Origin: Acidobacteriota bacterium
GTDB taxonomy: Bacteria; Acidobacteriota; UBA6911
Direction: 5' to 3'
Length of the DNA stretch: 64,000 nucleotides
NCBI GenBank assembly: GCA_963664705.1
Contig: OY761556.1
Location: 320,001 to 384,000, forward strand
Every line of letters begins with the position of its first letter. Positions within the stretch are counted from its first letter, which is position 1. The notes beneath the pieces are model-generated. The model was not told where the DNA came from. It worked only from the letters and a program-made list of their open reading frames with translations, and ran no database searches. A program made the translations under genes and the position numbers. Of the stretch, positions 29,883-39,471 are shown piece by piece.

Positions 29883-30132
29883 AAGCGTGTCCGAGCATGG
29901 AGATTTGCCGCATGTGTACGCGGTTGAGCCTCATTTTCCTTGCCTGTTGGCCAAAAATGCACCTCATGGGAGCGGTTTTGCACTTTGTCCAATTTCTTGA
30001 CTAAATCGCAATGTTGAATAATTTGGGGAATCTGTTCCGCTTTCCTCTGGTATAATCCACCCCCTCGAATTTGGCAGTATCTTTGTATCACTTGACATAG
30101 GAGTTCGTACCCTTGCTTACGTACTCAGGAGA

Positions 30133-32637
30133 ATGTTAATGGTTACGAAAAGCCTCAGCTACTCAGGGAGAGTCACGGTTCGGGCCTGGACCGTGATCCT
30201 GGCTATTTTACTTCTCGGCCTGCTGGCAATACCGGCAGCCGTTGCTCAGGTTCCTGAGCCGGCACAGGCCGCCGCGTCCCACGAAGGTGGGGGAGAAGCG
30301 TCGCTAGTGCTCCCCAATTTGGGACAGGTTGATTTTCATGGATTTAACGCCCGCACGTTATTGTTGGGTGGAATCGGAGTCTGCATCCTGGGACTTCTAT
30401 TCGGATTGATTATTTTCACCCAGCTCAAAAAGCTTCCGGTGCATAAATCCATGCTGGAAATTTCCGAGCTGATCTACGAGACCTGCAAGACCTACTTGGT
30501 TACTCAAGGCAAGTTCATACTCATTCTTGAGGTCTTCATCGGCATTATCATGCTGGTTTACTTTGGATTCCTCCAGCATTTTGCCGCAACGAAAGTTGCC
30601 ATAATCTTAGTCTTTAGTCTCATAGGCATCGGCGGAAGCTACGGGGTTGCATGGTTTGGAATCCGGATCAACACCTTTGCAAATTCCCGAACCGCTTTTG
30701 CCAGTCTCGAAGGGAGAGCCTTCCCCTGCTATGAAATCCCGCTGAAAGCCGGGATGAGCATCGGGATGGCGCTGATCAGCGTTGAGCTGTTCATGATGCT
30801 TTGCATCCTTCTCTTCATCCCGGGCGACTATGCGGGGCCATGTTTCATCGGATTCGCCATCGGCGAATCTCTCGGCGCCGCAGCGCTGCGCATAGCCGGC
30901 GGCATCTTCACCAAGATCGCGGATATCGGTTCCGATCTGATGAAGATTGTCTTCAAGATTAAGGAAGATGACGCCCGCAACCCAGGCGTTATTGCCGATT
31001 GCACCGGGGACAATGCCGGCGATTCTGTCGGCCCGACGGCGGACGGCTTTGAAACTTACGGCGTTACCGGCGTTGCCTTGATCTCCTTCATCCTCCTTGC
31101 CGTCCGGCAACAGGAAATACAGGTGAAATTGCTGGTCTGGATTTTCGTCATGCGCATCATGATGATCATTGCCAGCGGACTCTCTTACCTGGTCAATGAG
31201 GGGATTGCCAAGGCTCGCTATGCCAATGCGACAAAAATGAATTTCGAGTCGCCGCTTACATTCCTCGTCTGGCTGACCTCCATTGTTTCGGTGGTGATTA
31301 CCTATATTGTTTCCTACTTCCTGATTGGAAACCTGGGCGATGGTTCCTTATGGTGGAAGCTATCCACGGTTATTACCTGCGGTACCCTGGCGGGTGCGAT
31401 CATTCCGGAACTGGTTAAAGTATTCACCTCAACCGAATCCCGCCATGTGCGCGAAGTTGTGGCGTCCGGCCGTGAAGGCGGCGCTTCTCTGGGGATCCTC
31501 TCCGGATTTGTGGCCGGCAATTTCAGTGCCTACTGGCTGGGCATCGCGATTATGGGCCTCATGGGCATTGCCTTCGGCGTCAGCACCCTTGGGCTCGCCG
31601 ATTTGATGTCGGCTCCTGCGGTCTTTGCTTTCGGCCTGGTCGCTTTCGGTTTTCTGGGAATGGGCCCGGTCACTATCGCGGTGGATTCCTATGGCCCTGT
31701 GACGGATAACGCTCAGTCGGTATTTGAGCTCTCCCTGATCGAACAGGTGCCGGGCATCAAGCAGCAGATCAAAAAAGAACATGGCTTTGATGTGAATTTT
31801 GACAAAGCCAAGGATCTGCTGGAACAGAATGACGGGGCCGGAAACACGTTCAAGGCAACGGCCAAACCGGTTCTGATTGGTACCGCCGTCGTCGGCGCGA
31901 CAACGATGATCTTCTCAATCATCGTCATGCTTACGAATGGTCTTACTCAGAACCTCGAAAAGCTGTCGCTGCTGCACCCTCAATTTCTACTTGGGTTGAT
32001 AGCCGGCGGATCCGTCATTTACTGGTTTACCGGGGCATCCACGCAAGCGGTAAGCACCGGAGCTTATCGAGCGGTTGAATTCATCAAAGCCAACATCAAG
32101 CTCGAGGGCGTCGAAAAAGCATCCGTGACCGACAGCAAGAAGGTCGTGGAGATCTGTACGCGCTATGCGCAGAAGGGCATGTTCAACATATTCCTGACCG
32201 TGTTCTTCTCAACCCTCGCGTTCGCTTTTGTGGAACCTTTCTTCTTCATTGGCTACCTCATCTCCATTGCTCTTTTTGGACTGTTCCAGGCCATCTTTAT
32301 GGCAAATGCCGGAGCTGCCTGGGATAATGCCAAAAAGATCGTCGAGGTCGAATTGAAGGAAAAGGGGACGCCGCTTCATGCTGCCACCGTTGTCGGCGAT
32401 ACGGTTGGAGATCCCTTCAAGGATACTTCTTCTGTGGCTATGAACCCCGTCATCAAGTTTACGACGTTGTTCGGTATGTTGGCGGTTGAACTTGCTGTCA
32501 GTATGTCTTCCAAGGCCGCGGGCAGCAATCTCGTTATTGCCGCGATCTTTCTGCTGATTGCGATGGTCTTCGTGGTGCGGTCCTTCTATGGAATGCGCAT
32601 TCGTGCGGAAGCATCCGAGATGAAATCCCACGCCTAG
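30133..32637 (+). CDS. hppA: Membrane-bound ion-translocating pyrophosphatase
   Basis: GGIFTKIADIGSDL, EDDARNPGVIADCTGDNAGD, DSYGPVTDNA, GNTFKA, GDTVGDPFKDT. Confidence 0.95.
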   Translation: MLMVTKSLSYSGRVTVRAWTVILAILLLGLLAIPAAVAQVPEPAQAAASHEGGGEASLVLPNLGQVDFHGFNARTLLLGGIGVCILGLLFGLIIFTQLKKLPVHKSMLEISELIYETCKTYLVTQGKFILILEVFIGIIMLVYFGFLQHFAATKVAIILVFSLIGIGGSYGVAWFGIRINTFANSRTAFASLEGRAFPCYEIPLKAGMSIGMALISVELFMMLCILLFIPGDYAGPCFIGFAIGESLGAAALRIAGGIFTKIADIGSDLMKIVFKIKEDDARNPGVIADCTGDNAGDSVGPTADGFETYGVTGVALISFILLAVRQQEIQVKLLVWIFVMRIMMIIASGLSYLVNEGIAKARYANATKMNFESPLTFLVWLTSIVSVVITYIVSYFLIGNLGDGSLWWKLSTVITCGTLAGAIIPELVKVFTSTESRHVREVVASGREGGASLGILSGFVAGNFSAYWLGIAIMGLMGIAFGVSTLGLADLMSAPAVFAFGLVAFGFLGMGPVTIAVDSYGPVTDNAQSVFELSLIEQVPGIKQQIKKEHGFDVNFDKAKDLLEQNDGAGNTFKATAKPVLIGTAVVGATTMIFSIIVMLTNGLTQNLEKLSLLHPQFLLGLIAGGSVIYWFTGASTQAVSTGAYRAVEFIKANIKLEGVEKASVTDSKKVVEICTRYAQKGMFNIFLTVFFSTLAFAFVEPFFFIGYLISIALFGLFQAIFMANAGAAWDNAKKIVEVELKEKGTPLHAATVVGDTVGDPFKDTSSVAMNPVIKFTTLFGMLAVELAVSMSSKAAGSNLVIAAIFLLIAMVFVVRSFYGMRIRAEASEMKSHA

Positions 32638-32646
32638 CATTGGTTT

Positions 32647-32702
32647 GATTGCAGATTCCAGATTCCAGATTCCTAATCTGGAATCTGGAATCCTTCGTCT
32701 GG
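32647..32702. repeat. Inverted heptamer array (GATTCCA)n-(TGGAATC)n with no insert
   Basis: GATTCCAGATTCCAGATT-CCT-AATCTGGAATCTGGAATC: perfect 18-bp stem (32654-32692) between convergent genes. Confidence 0.9.
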
Positions 32703-32711
32703 AACCCTGCA

Positions 32712-33545
32712 TTACTGGTTATACTGAATTACCTTCTGCTTGAAAGCGTCCATGGTCAGGCGCCCCGCCTTGTAATCGGAAATCCACGATTTGCGCACGG
32801 AAATAATATCCGCCCTAGTCCGCTGATCCTCATCGTAACTGTCGGTAGTGAGTACGAGATTGATATGCTCCTCGGGCTTTACGGTCGTCATGCCGTCGCC
32901 ATAATTCGCCAGGGCTTCAATCAGGTATATCTTGGCTTCGGAAAGGCTTTTTAGAAACTTCTCCTGGTTGGCGGCTGCATCTTCCCGCAACTTCTTCGTT
33001 CGCGCCTGGGCCTCTTCCAGTGATTTCTTGATTTTGGCACCACTCACTTCAACCGCCGGGGGTGCTGGCGGAGACGGCGGAGCTGCTACGGCCGGGGGAG
33101 CCGGGGCAACTGGGCTGTTCTTACCGCTGCCGGCAGCATCCGACCTGGCTCTTTCCATGGCCCTTAGCGTGGCATTTCTGGCCAGTTCTTGCGATTGCAA
33201 ACGGATTTCCTCGCTCATGTCCGCTATTTCCTGTTGAAACTCTGGCCCGAAATCAAAGTTAAAGTTGAAGTTCGACATTCCGGAAGCCCGAAATCCTGAA
33301 GTCGGTATTTCAAATACGGCTCCCTGACCCGAGAGGTAAAAAGCCTTCATGTTTGAGAAGCGAAAGCGCGCCGTCCTCTTTTCAGAATTCTGGGAGAAGA
33401 ACGTCAGCGTTGTATTCAGAATCCCTTTCATTATCTCAAGTTCCGCTCTGGATTTACTGGTATCAAACGGTTCTTTGACTCCCTGGCCCCACGAGGAGGT
33501 TCCAAGAAGCAGAACTATAGCGATGCATGCGATATGCCGTTTCAT
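32712..33545 (-). CDS. Exported hypothetical protein of the ECF operon
   Basis: Signal peptide, Pro/Ala-rich linker, coiled coil; GGAGG RBS; downstream of the anti-sigma gene. Confidence 0.78.
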   Translation of the reverse strand: MKRHIACIAIVLLLGTSSWGQGVKEPFDTSKSRAELEIMKGILNTTLTFFSQNSEKRTARFRFSNMKAFYLSGQGAVFEIPTSGFRASGMSNFNFNFDFGPEFQQEIADMSEEIRLQSQELARNATLRAMERARSDAAGSGKNSPVAPAPPAVAAPPSPPAPPAVEVSGAKIKKSLEEAQARTKKLREDAAANQEKFLKSLSEAKIYLIEALANYGDGMTTVKPEEHINLVLTTDSYDEDQRTRADIISVRKSWISDYKAGRLTMDAFKQKVIQYNQ

Positions 33546-33567
33546 TCTATCCTCCGTAAGTTATTGA

Positions 33568-34335
33568 TTATCTATATTTTAAATCCGCGACCTGCAATAG
33601 CGTGCCCAGGATTTCATTGGTTTGTCGCGCTTTTATGGCGTTGTTTGCATCCGTGCTGTCCAACCGAAGGTTGATCGTTTCCAGATCCTGTGCCCGCTGC
33701 TGTGCAACCACGCGATAGAGATCTGAAACCAGCATCCTCGCATTGTCACCAGCCTGTCCTTCCGAACTCCTGATCTTTCCCGTGAGCTTCGAATCCATTT
33801 GAGCCAAGGCAGCTGTAAACTGGGCCTGCTGTTCCTTGGAAAGGCTGTTCCAGGAGCGGGAAATCTCGCTGCGCAGTTCAGCCGTCCATGCCACATTGGC
33901 TTCGTGGTTCCTTTTCTCCGCCTCGGCCAGGATTTCCTTTTTAAGAGCTGTTGCGTCGATATCCGGCTTGCCAAAGCTGATGGCCCATCCCGATGAATCG
34001 GCTCTCACCTGCAGACGTGTAAGTCCAGCCAACCCCACGCAGAGCAGGAAAACGGCAGCGGCAGCGAAAGCTGCGCGCCATCCGAGAGGTATTCTATGGA
34101 ACAGCTGCCAATGAGCCGGGACTCGTTCTTCCGGGTAAACGAAAAAGTGATGGGGAACGGATTCGTCTTCGACCGCTGCCAGTTGGCTGATCGTGTGCCG
34201 ATAGCCCTCCAGCTCCGAACGACAGGAAGAACATGTAGCGAGATGAGCTTCCAGCGCCTGTTTGTCGTCATTCGTGATGTCACCCAGGCTGTAGGCTGCA
34301 ATCTTTGTCTGATGTTCGCTGCATTCGGATTTCAT
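33568..34335 (-). CDS. Zinc-finger (zf-HC2) membrane anti-sigma factor
   Basis: HLATCSSC (HxxxCxxC) followed by one TM helix; directly after the ECF sigma gene. Confidence 0.85.
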   Translation of the reverse strand: MKSECSEHQTKIAAYSLGDITNDDKQALEAHLATCSSCRSELEGYRHTISQLAAVEDESVPHHFFVYPEERVPAHWQLFHRIPLGWRAAFAAAAVFLLCVGLAGLTRLQVRADSSGWAISFGKPDIDATALKKEILAEAEKRNHEANVAWTAELRSEISRSWNSLSKEQQAQFTAALAQMDSKLTGKIRSSEGQAGDNARMLVSDLYRVVAQQRAQDLETINLRLDSTDANNAIKARQTNEILGTLLQVADLKYR

Positions 34336-34351
34336 ACAATACCTCCGGGTA

Positions 34352-34969
34352 TCAGGCTTCCTCGGTGCCCAGCCTGTTTTTCAGCATTTCCAGCCCTGAG
34401 TAGAGCCGTGACTTGATTGTACTGATAGGGATCTCCAGCACTGTGGCGATTTCCTCGAACGTCAACTCTTCAAAGAATTTCAATTCGATGACTGCCTGCT
34501 GTTCCGGAGGCAGCCGCCAAACGGCTGCCAGAATACGGTCGCGTTGTTCCCGCCGCAGGAGATCCCCGACCTGATTCCCGGCGATACGCAATTGCGGTGC
34601 CGGGCTGTCCGCACTGCTTTCCTCTTCAAGGGAGCAATGGGTTCCGGGCGGCCGCTGTTTCACGCGGGTCAGGCAATGGTTCAGAACAATGCGATAGATC
34701 CATGTGGAGAATTTTGAGTCTCTCCGGAAGCGATTGATGTTTTTGTAAGCCAGAAGAAAGGCGTCCTGGGTTGCTTCCGCAGCCTCCTCGCGGTCCCGCA
34801 GGATTCGGAGCGCTATGTTGTAAACGCTCTTCTCCCATTTCAGCACCAGGCGATTGAATGCCCGGGTGTCGCCATGCTGACTGGCTGCCACCCAGGAATT
34901 CTCCTGATCCTGGTCGGATGCAATCGACGATCGTTCAGTTTGGATCATGGAGCCCGCGAATTCGTTCAT
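34352..34969 (-). CDS. ECF RNA polymerase sigma factor
   Basis: GDTRAFNRLV, AAEATQDAFL, KFSTWIYRI, LTFEEIA..ISTIKSRL. Confidence 0.93.
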   Translation of the reverse strand: MNEFAGSMIQTERSSIASDQDQENSWVAASQHGDTRAFNRLVLKWEKSVYNIALRILRDREEAAEATQDAFLLAYKNINRFRRDSKFSTWIYRIVLNHCLTRVKQRPPGTHCSLEEESSADSPAPQLRIAGNQVGDLLRREQRDRILAAVWRLPPEQQAVIELKFFEELTFEEIATVLEIPISTIKSRLYSGLEMLKNRLGTEEA

Positions 34970-34977
34970 CGCTTACA

Positions 34978-35005
34978 TTTGACATGGATTTAAAGAAAAA
35001 AGTCG
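34978..35005 (-). promoter_or_regulatory. Putative autoregulatory ECF promoter
   Basis: Minus strand CGACTT-N16-GTCAAA (cf. sigmaE GAACTT-N16-GTCAAA), ending 8 nt before the sigma ATG. Confidence 0.55.
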
Positions 35006-35446
35006 ACCGAAATAGGAAACTTCTCGTATTAGCTTAGCATGCGGCCCAAGGGTATTTCAGCGATTACGGGACGCAGTTCGGAGATGCGACCGGGAGGCCT
35101 GAATCTCCAAACATTAGTTGCTACAAGTTTTTGCGGCTCAAAGGTTCAACGCCATTTTGTTTCTAGACGACGTAATTACCCGGTGGTAATATGTGGGGCG
35201 TCGGACCCCCGGCCCGGCTATTTTTTGGATAAAGAAGGAAAGGCATGGCTGAATTTCGTTCCCTGCGAAGATTCAATCTCATGGAGCCCTGCCTCCCCGC
35301 AAGTTTTGGTGATACCATTTCTATCCACCTGTATCTAATCAATCGATGAATGACGGGGATATATATGGGCACCTCCATGAGGCACGGGGCCGGCTAAACT
35401 CGGAAATGGGAAGGGGACCCTTACCAATTTTTCGGAAGATATTCTG

Positions 35447-36616
35447 ATGACGGGAAGCAGCAGCAAAGACGGGATGTTCGGACGGTTTAAGGAACCGAGA
35501 ACGCAGGCATCACTCTTTCACTATGTAAAGGAGACGCCTGATCCTGGTGTGTTCGAGGACATGGATTGGAGCTTTTTGCTTCATCCGATTCGCACTGTCA
35601 AGGAATCGTGGAAAGAGCCGCGCACAAAGCCCTCGCTTTTCCATTATGTTGATCAGGAGCCCAAACATCACGAGAGTTTTAGAGAATTCCTGGACGACCT
35701 GTTGACCGGGTACAAAAACCCGCTGTTTATCCCTTCCGTCTTTGCCGACCAGGATGGGCTGGTTCTCGAGCGCGCGCAGGGAAGAACGCGAAAAATTGAA
35801 GCCGGCTTTGTTTCGATTTTGGTTCACGGACTCGTCATCTTTATTGCCGCGTTCGTTCTGCTTCACGAGCCGTCGAAAGATTCGGCGGAAAAGGACAATA
35901 CCGTTTTTGTCAACAACCCGGTCTATTCTCCGTATGAAGGGGATGGTCGGGATGGCGGCGGTGGTGGCGGTGGCGGAAAAAATCAGCCTTTACCGCAGGC
36001 AACCGGGCGCATGCCTGAGACCACGCGCGTTCAGATGGTTCCGCCCGATCCGGAAAATCCAAGGCCGTTAATGCCTGCCGAAGACCTGTTGGCGCAGGTT
36101 CCCAGCGTGCAGATGCCTATCGATATTCCTCAGGATCAATCGCTTCCCATTGGAGACATCAGTGCGCCTCCGAACGGTTCGATGTCTTCGGGGCCGGGCA
36201 GAGGTGGCGGTATCGGAACCGGCAGCGGCACGGGTGTCGGATCCGGATCCGGAGCGGGAGTAGGACCCGGAAGTGGTGGGGGTATGGGCGGAGGCTCCGG
36301 CGGTGGTATCGGTTCCGGTGTCGGTCCTTATGTGGTGGGCAACGGTGTGAAAGCTCCAGTCCCCTTGTATCAGCCCCTGCCTGCCTACACCGAAGAAGCG
36401 CGCAAAGCCAGAGCTGAAGGGATCGTTGTCATTCAAGCCATTGTTCGTAAGGATGGAACCGTCGACAGTTTCAAGATACTGAGAGGCCTCGGATACGGGT
36501 TGGACGAGTCCGCCATCCAGACGATTGCGCAGAAGTGGCGTTTCAAGCCGGGCACATTTAACGGTTCGCCTGTGGATGTACAGGCCAACATCGAAGTCTC
36601 ATTCCGGCTTTACTAG
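35447..36616 (+). CDS. tonB: TonB family protein
   Basis: TM helix with SxxxH motif (SILVH), Gly-rich linker, TonB-C domain (YTEEARKARAEG..GLDESA..WRFKPG). Confidence 0.88.
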   Translation: MTGSSSKDGMFGRFKEPRTQASLFHYVKETPDPGVFEDMDWSFLLHPIRTVKESWKEPRTKPSLFHYVDQEPKHHESFREFLDDLLTGYKNPLFIPSVFADQDGLVLERAQGRTRKIEAGFVSILVHGLVIFIAAFVLLHEPSKDSAEKDNTVFVNNPVYSPYEGDGRDGGGGGGGGKNQPLPQATGRMPETTRVQMVPPDPENPRPLMPAEDLLAQVPSVQMPIDIPQDQSLPIGDISAPPNGSMSSGPGRGGGIGTGSGTGVGSGSGAGVGPGSGGGMGGGSGGGIGSGVGPYVVGNGVKAPVPLYQPLPAYTEEARKARAEGIVVIQAIVRKDGTVDSFKILRGLGYGLDESAIQTIAQKWRFKPGTFNGSPVDVQANIEVSFRLY

Positions 36617-36683
36617 GAAGATTCGGCAGGGAATCTAACGAATCGCTGAGCCTGGCGGCTCTGGATTCAGGAGCACAAAGTTC

Positions 36684-37130
36684 ATGGCAATGAAGGTAGG
36701 GAAAAAAGGGGTCAACGCGGACATCAATATCACTCCATATATTGATATCCTCCTCGTGCTGTTGATCATCTTCATGGTGGCCGCTCCGTTAAAGCAGCAT
36801 GACCACCCTGTTCGCGTGCCGCAACCGGCGCCGGCAACCCAGCCCAAAGATGTCAAACCGGATTCCATCATCGTCGATATCGATTTGGACCATACCGTTA
36901 AGCTGAATAACCAGCCGGTTACCTTGGAGCAATTGGAGACCACCCTGACGCAGGTTTTCGCTCGCCGCGCTGTCAAGAACATGTTTATCCGCGGCGATTC
37001 CTCGCTTCCTTACGGGGATGTCTTTATTCTCCTGGATATCGCCAAACGTTCCGGTGTCGGGGATATTGCCTTGCTCGACAAGAAGGCAAAGGGTGAGTCA
37101 CCGGCAGGTTCCGCCAAAGGCAGCCACTAA
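36684..37130 (+). CDS. exbD: ExbD/TolR biopolymer transport protein
   Basis: DINITPYIDILLVLLIIFMV, IRGD..PYGDV. Confidence 0.9.
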   Translation: MAMKVGKKGVNADINITPYIDILLVLLIIFMVAAPLKQHDHPVRVPQPAPATQPKDVKPDSIIVDIDLDHTVKLNNQPVTLEQLETTLTQVFARRAVKNMFIRGDSSLPYGDVFILLDIAKRSGVGDIALLDKKAKGESPAGSAKGSH

Positions 37131-37184
37131 TTTCACAAAATAGGCCTTAGCCTCCGCCAATCCAGAGTAGAATAGCGGACGGAT

Positions 37185-38762
37185 ATGAAAATTCCGTTCG
37201 TGCAGAATCCGCTTGTTGTATTCATCGGGATCGGCCTGATCGTCATCTCGACAGCCAGCCTGAGCTTCGTCAGCTATCGTTATACGGTTGGACGCGAAAA
37301 CCTGGCCGAAACAACCCTTTATCAGGCAGAAAACAAACTTGCGAACCAGTATGTCGATCGGATCGAGCAGGAAATTCTGTACAATGACCGCATCCTCTCG
37401 GAAATGGTTGACATTAATGAGCCGACCACGTGGCCGGCTGCCGTCGATGCCATCAAGAATGCCGATTTGAATGTCGACCAGGTTTATTTTTTGAGACCTC
37501 CAAGCAATTATCCGATTTTCCCACCCTATTCCTTTGAGATCCGCAACGAGTGGGGACGGTTCCGCGCCAGTTTCAAAACCAATGAACTCAACCTGGATCA
37601 TATCCCTCTGAATCAGCCTCATCACCTGCACAAGGAAAAGCCGGACAACTATTTTTTTGTTACCTATGTCCTGCGCGAGACCCGGGATGGAACGCGAATC
37701 CTCGTCTGCTATCAGATGAATTATGAAAAGATGCGGGCATTGCTGGATAAGTACTTGGGGAACGTTCAGGATTTCTATGTCAGCATTGTGGATTACGATA
37801 ACAATACAATTTATGGACAGCCTATTTCGCATTCCTCGAAATACTTGGATGAAAAGCGGTTCCCGTCCACTCTCTACAAATGGCTTCTTCAAATCGTTCC
37901 AAGGAATTATCCCGAACTCGAAGCTACGGTAAAAAACCAGCGGCGCACGAACCTGTTTTTCATTGTTCTGAGCATGTCGACCATTTTTTTCAGCCTGACC
38001 ATTATCTACGGGGCGTGGCGGCATGATCGCCAGTTGCGGCAGTTGAAGGAAAATTTTATCAGCAATGTCAGTCATGAACTGAAAACGCCATTGTCTCTGA
38101 TTCGGATGTTCAGCGAAATCCTGGTGACCGGAAGAGTGCGGAGCGAGGATAAAAAGCAGGAATACTACCGGATCATACACAATGAAAGCGACCGTATGTC
38201 GCGGCTGATTGCCAACCTGCTGGATTTCGCGAACCTGGTCCGCGGGATTGAACAAAAGCATTTTGAAAAGATTGATCTCGCACAGGTTGTGACCAAGGCG
38301 CTGGAGGCCTATCGCTACGAAATCCAAAAAGACGGGTTTCAGCTGACCTTTGAAGCCGACCCGGACCTCCCGGAGTCCTACGGGGATCCTAACGCCATTA
38401 CCATGGCGTTGCTGAACCTCCTGGATAATTCCGTCAAGTATTCCCGCGATCAGAAGCAGATTGACATCCGCGTGCGCAGAGTCGACAAGTTTCTGTATAT
38501 TTCTGTCCAGGACAGGGGAATAGGGATTCCTCTGGCGGAGCAGCATAAGATATTTGATCAATTCTATCGGGGGGCGGATTCGTCCGTCCGGCAGATTCGA
38601 GGGAGTGGCATAGGCCTCGCCATTACGCGAAGAGTCGCCAGGATGCACGGCGGCGATGTGCTGGTTGAAAGTGAGCAGGGGAAAGGGAGCACCTTCACCC
38701 TGCGCATTCCCATTATTGAAAATTCCAGATTCCAGATTTCAGATTCCAGATCTTCCGTTTAA
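37185..38762 (+). CDS. Sensor histidine kinase (PhoR-like)
   Basis: Two TM helices, VSHELKTPL, NLLDNSVKYS, DRGIGI, GSGIGL. Confidence 0.93.
   Translation: MKIPFVQNPLVVFIGIGLIVISTASLSFVSYRYTVGRENLAETTLYQAENKLANQYVDRIEQEILYNDRILSEMVDINEPTTWPAAVDAIKNADLNVDQVYFLRPPSNYPIFPPYSFEIRNEWGRFRASFKTNELNLDHIPLNQPHHLHKEKPDNYFFVTYVLRETRDGTRILVCYQMNYEKMRALLDKYLGNVQDFYVSIVDYDNNTIYGQPISHSSKYLDEKRFPSTLYKWLLQIVPRNYPELEATVKNQRRTNLFFIVLSMSTIFFSLTIIYGAWRHDRQLRQLKENFISNVSHELKTPLSLIRMFSEILVTGRVRSEDKKQEYYRIIHNESDRMSRLIANLLDFANLVRGIEQKHFEKIDLAQVVTKALEAYRYEIQKDGFQLTFEADPDLPESYGDPNAITMALLNLLDNSVKYSRDQKQIDIRVRRVDKFLYISVQDRGIGIPLAEQHKIFDQFYRGADSSVRQIRGSGIGLAITRRVARMHGGDVLVESEQGKGSTFTLRIPIIENSRFQISDSRSSV
38721..38755 (+). 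repeat. GATTCCA heptamer array in the last codons of the kinase gene
   Basis: AATTCCA GATTCCA GATTTCA GATTCCA GATCTTC. Confidence 0.85.
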
Positions 38763-38793
38763 GCCGGGTAGTAGTCTGAAATCCTAGACGCTC

Positions 38794-39471
38794 ATGCAAA
38801 AAGTCCTGATTATTGAAGATGAAAAGGATATGGCTGGCGGGCTCAAGGATATTCTTGAGTTCGAAGGGTACGAGGTCATAACGGCCGGGAATGGCAAAGA
38901 AGGCATTCATGCCGTGGCGCGCAATGAGCCGGATTGCATTATCCTCGATCTGATGTTGCCCGATATGAGCGGCTATGAGGTCTGCGAGCAGTTGCGTCTG
39001 AAACTGAATACCCCGATTCTCATGCTGACGGCAAAGGCTCAGGATCACGACAAAATCCGCGGGTTGAAGGTGGGTGCGGATGACTATCTGACAAAGCCTT
39101 TCAGTGTCGGAGAATTGCTTGCCCGTGTCATGGCCCTGCTTCGTCGCCGCACCCAATATGCGCAGGATTTGGATTTGGTGCGAATCGGTCCCAATCTCGT
39201 TGATGTCAAACATTTCCGGGTGACCCGCGGTAAAAAGGAACACTCCATGTCACACTACGAGGTGGAGCTTTTCAAGCTTTTGTATGCGCATGCCAATCAG
39301 CCGGTTACACGGGATGAAATTCTGGACAAGGTTTGGGGGACCGAAAAGTTTCCAACCAATCGAACGGTCGACAATTTTATTGTGAAGCTCCGAAAGAAGA
39401 TTGAAGAAGATTACAAAAACCCGAAACACATCCTGACGATCTACGGTGTCGGATACAAACTCAGTCCATGA
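38794..39471 (+). CDS. OmpR-family response regulator
   Basis: IIEDE, LDLMLP, GADDYLTKPF, RTVDNFIVKLRKKIE, YGVGYK. Confidence 0.95.
   Translation: MQKVLIIEDEKDMAGGLKDILEFEGYEVITAGNGKEGIHAVARNEPDCIILDLMLPDMSGYEVCEQLRLKLNTPILMLTAKAQDHDKIRGLKVGADDYLTKPFSVGELLARVMALLRRRTQYAQDLDLVRIGPNLVDVKHFRVTRGKKEHSMSHYEVELFKLLYAHANQPVTRDEILDKVWGTEKFPTNRTVDNFIVKLRKKIEEDYKNPKHILTIYGVGYKLSP

Noticed and set aside
35010-35446. Long intergenic region as a riboswitch or ncRNA upstream of tonB
   Set aside because: No cobalamin, TPP or other riboswitch consensus was recognisable by eye; an Rfam scan would be needed.
36190-36330. Low-complexity GGC/GGT-rich stretch
   Set aside because: Explained by the Gly-Ser linker of TonB.
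37098-38648. 516-aa ORF on the minus strand
   Set aside because: Entirely antisense to the histidine kinase with no recognisable motifs; a shadow ORF from codon bias.
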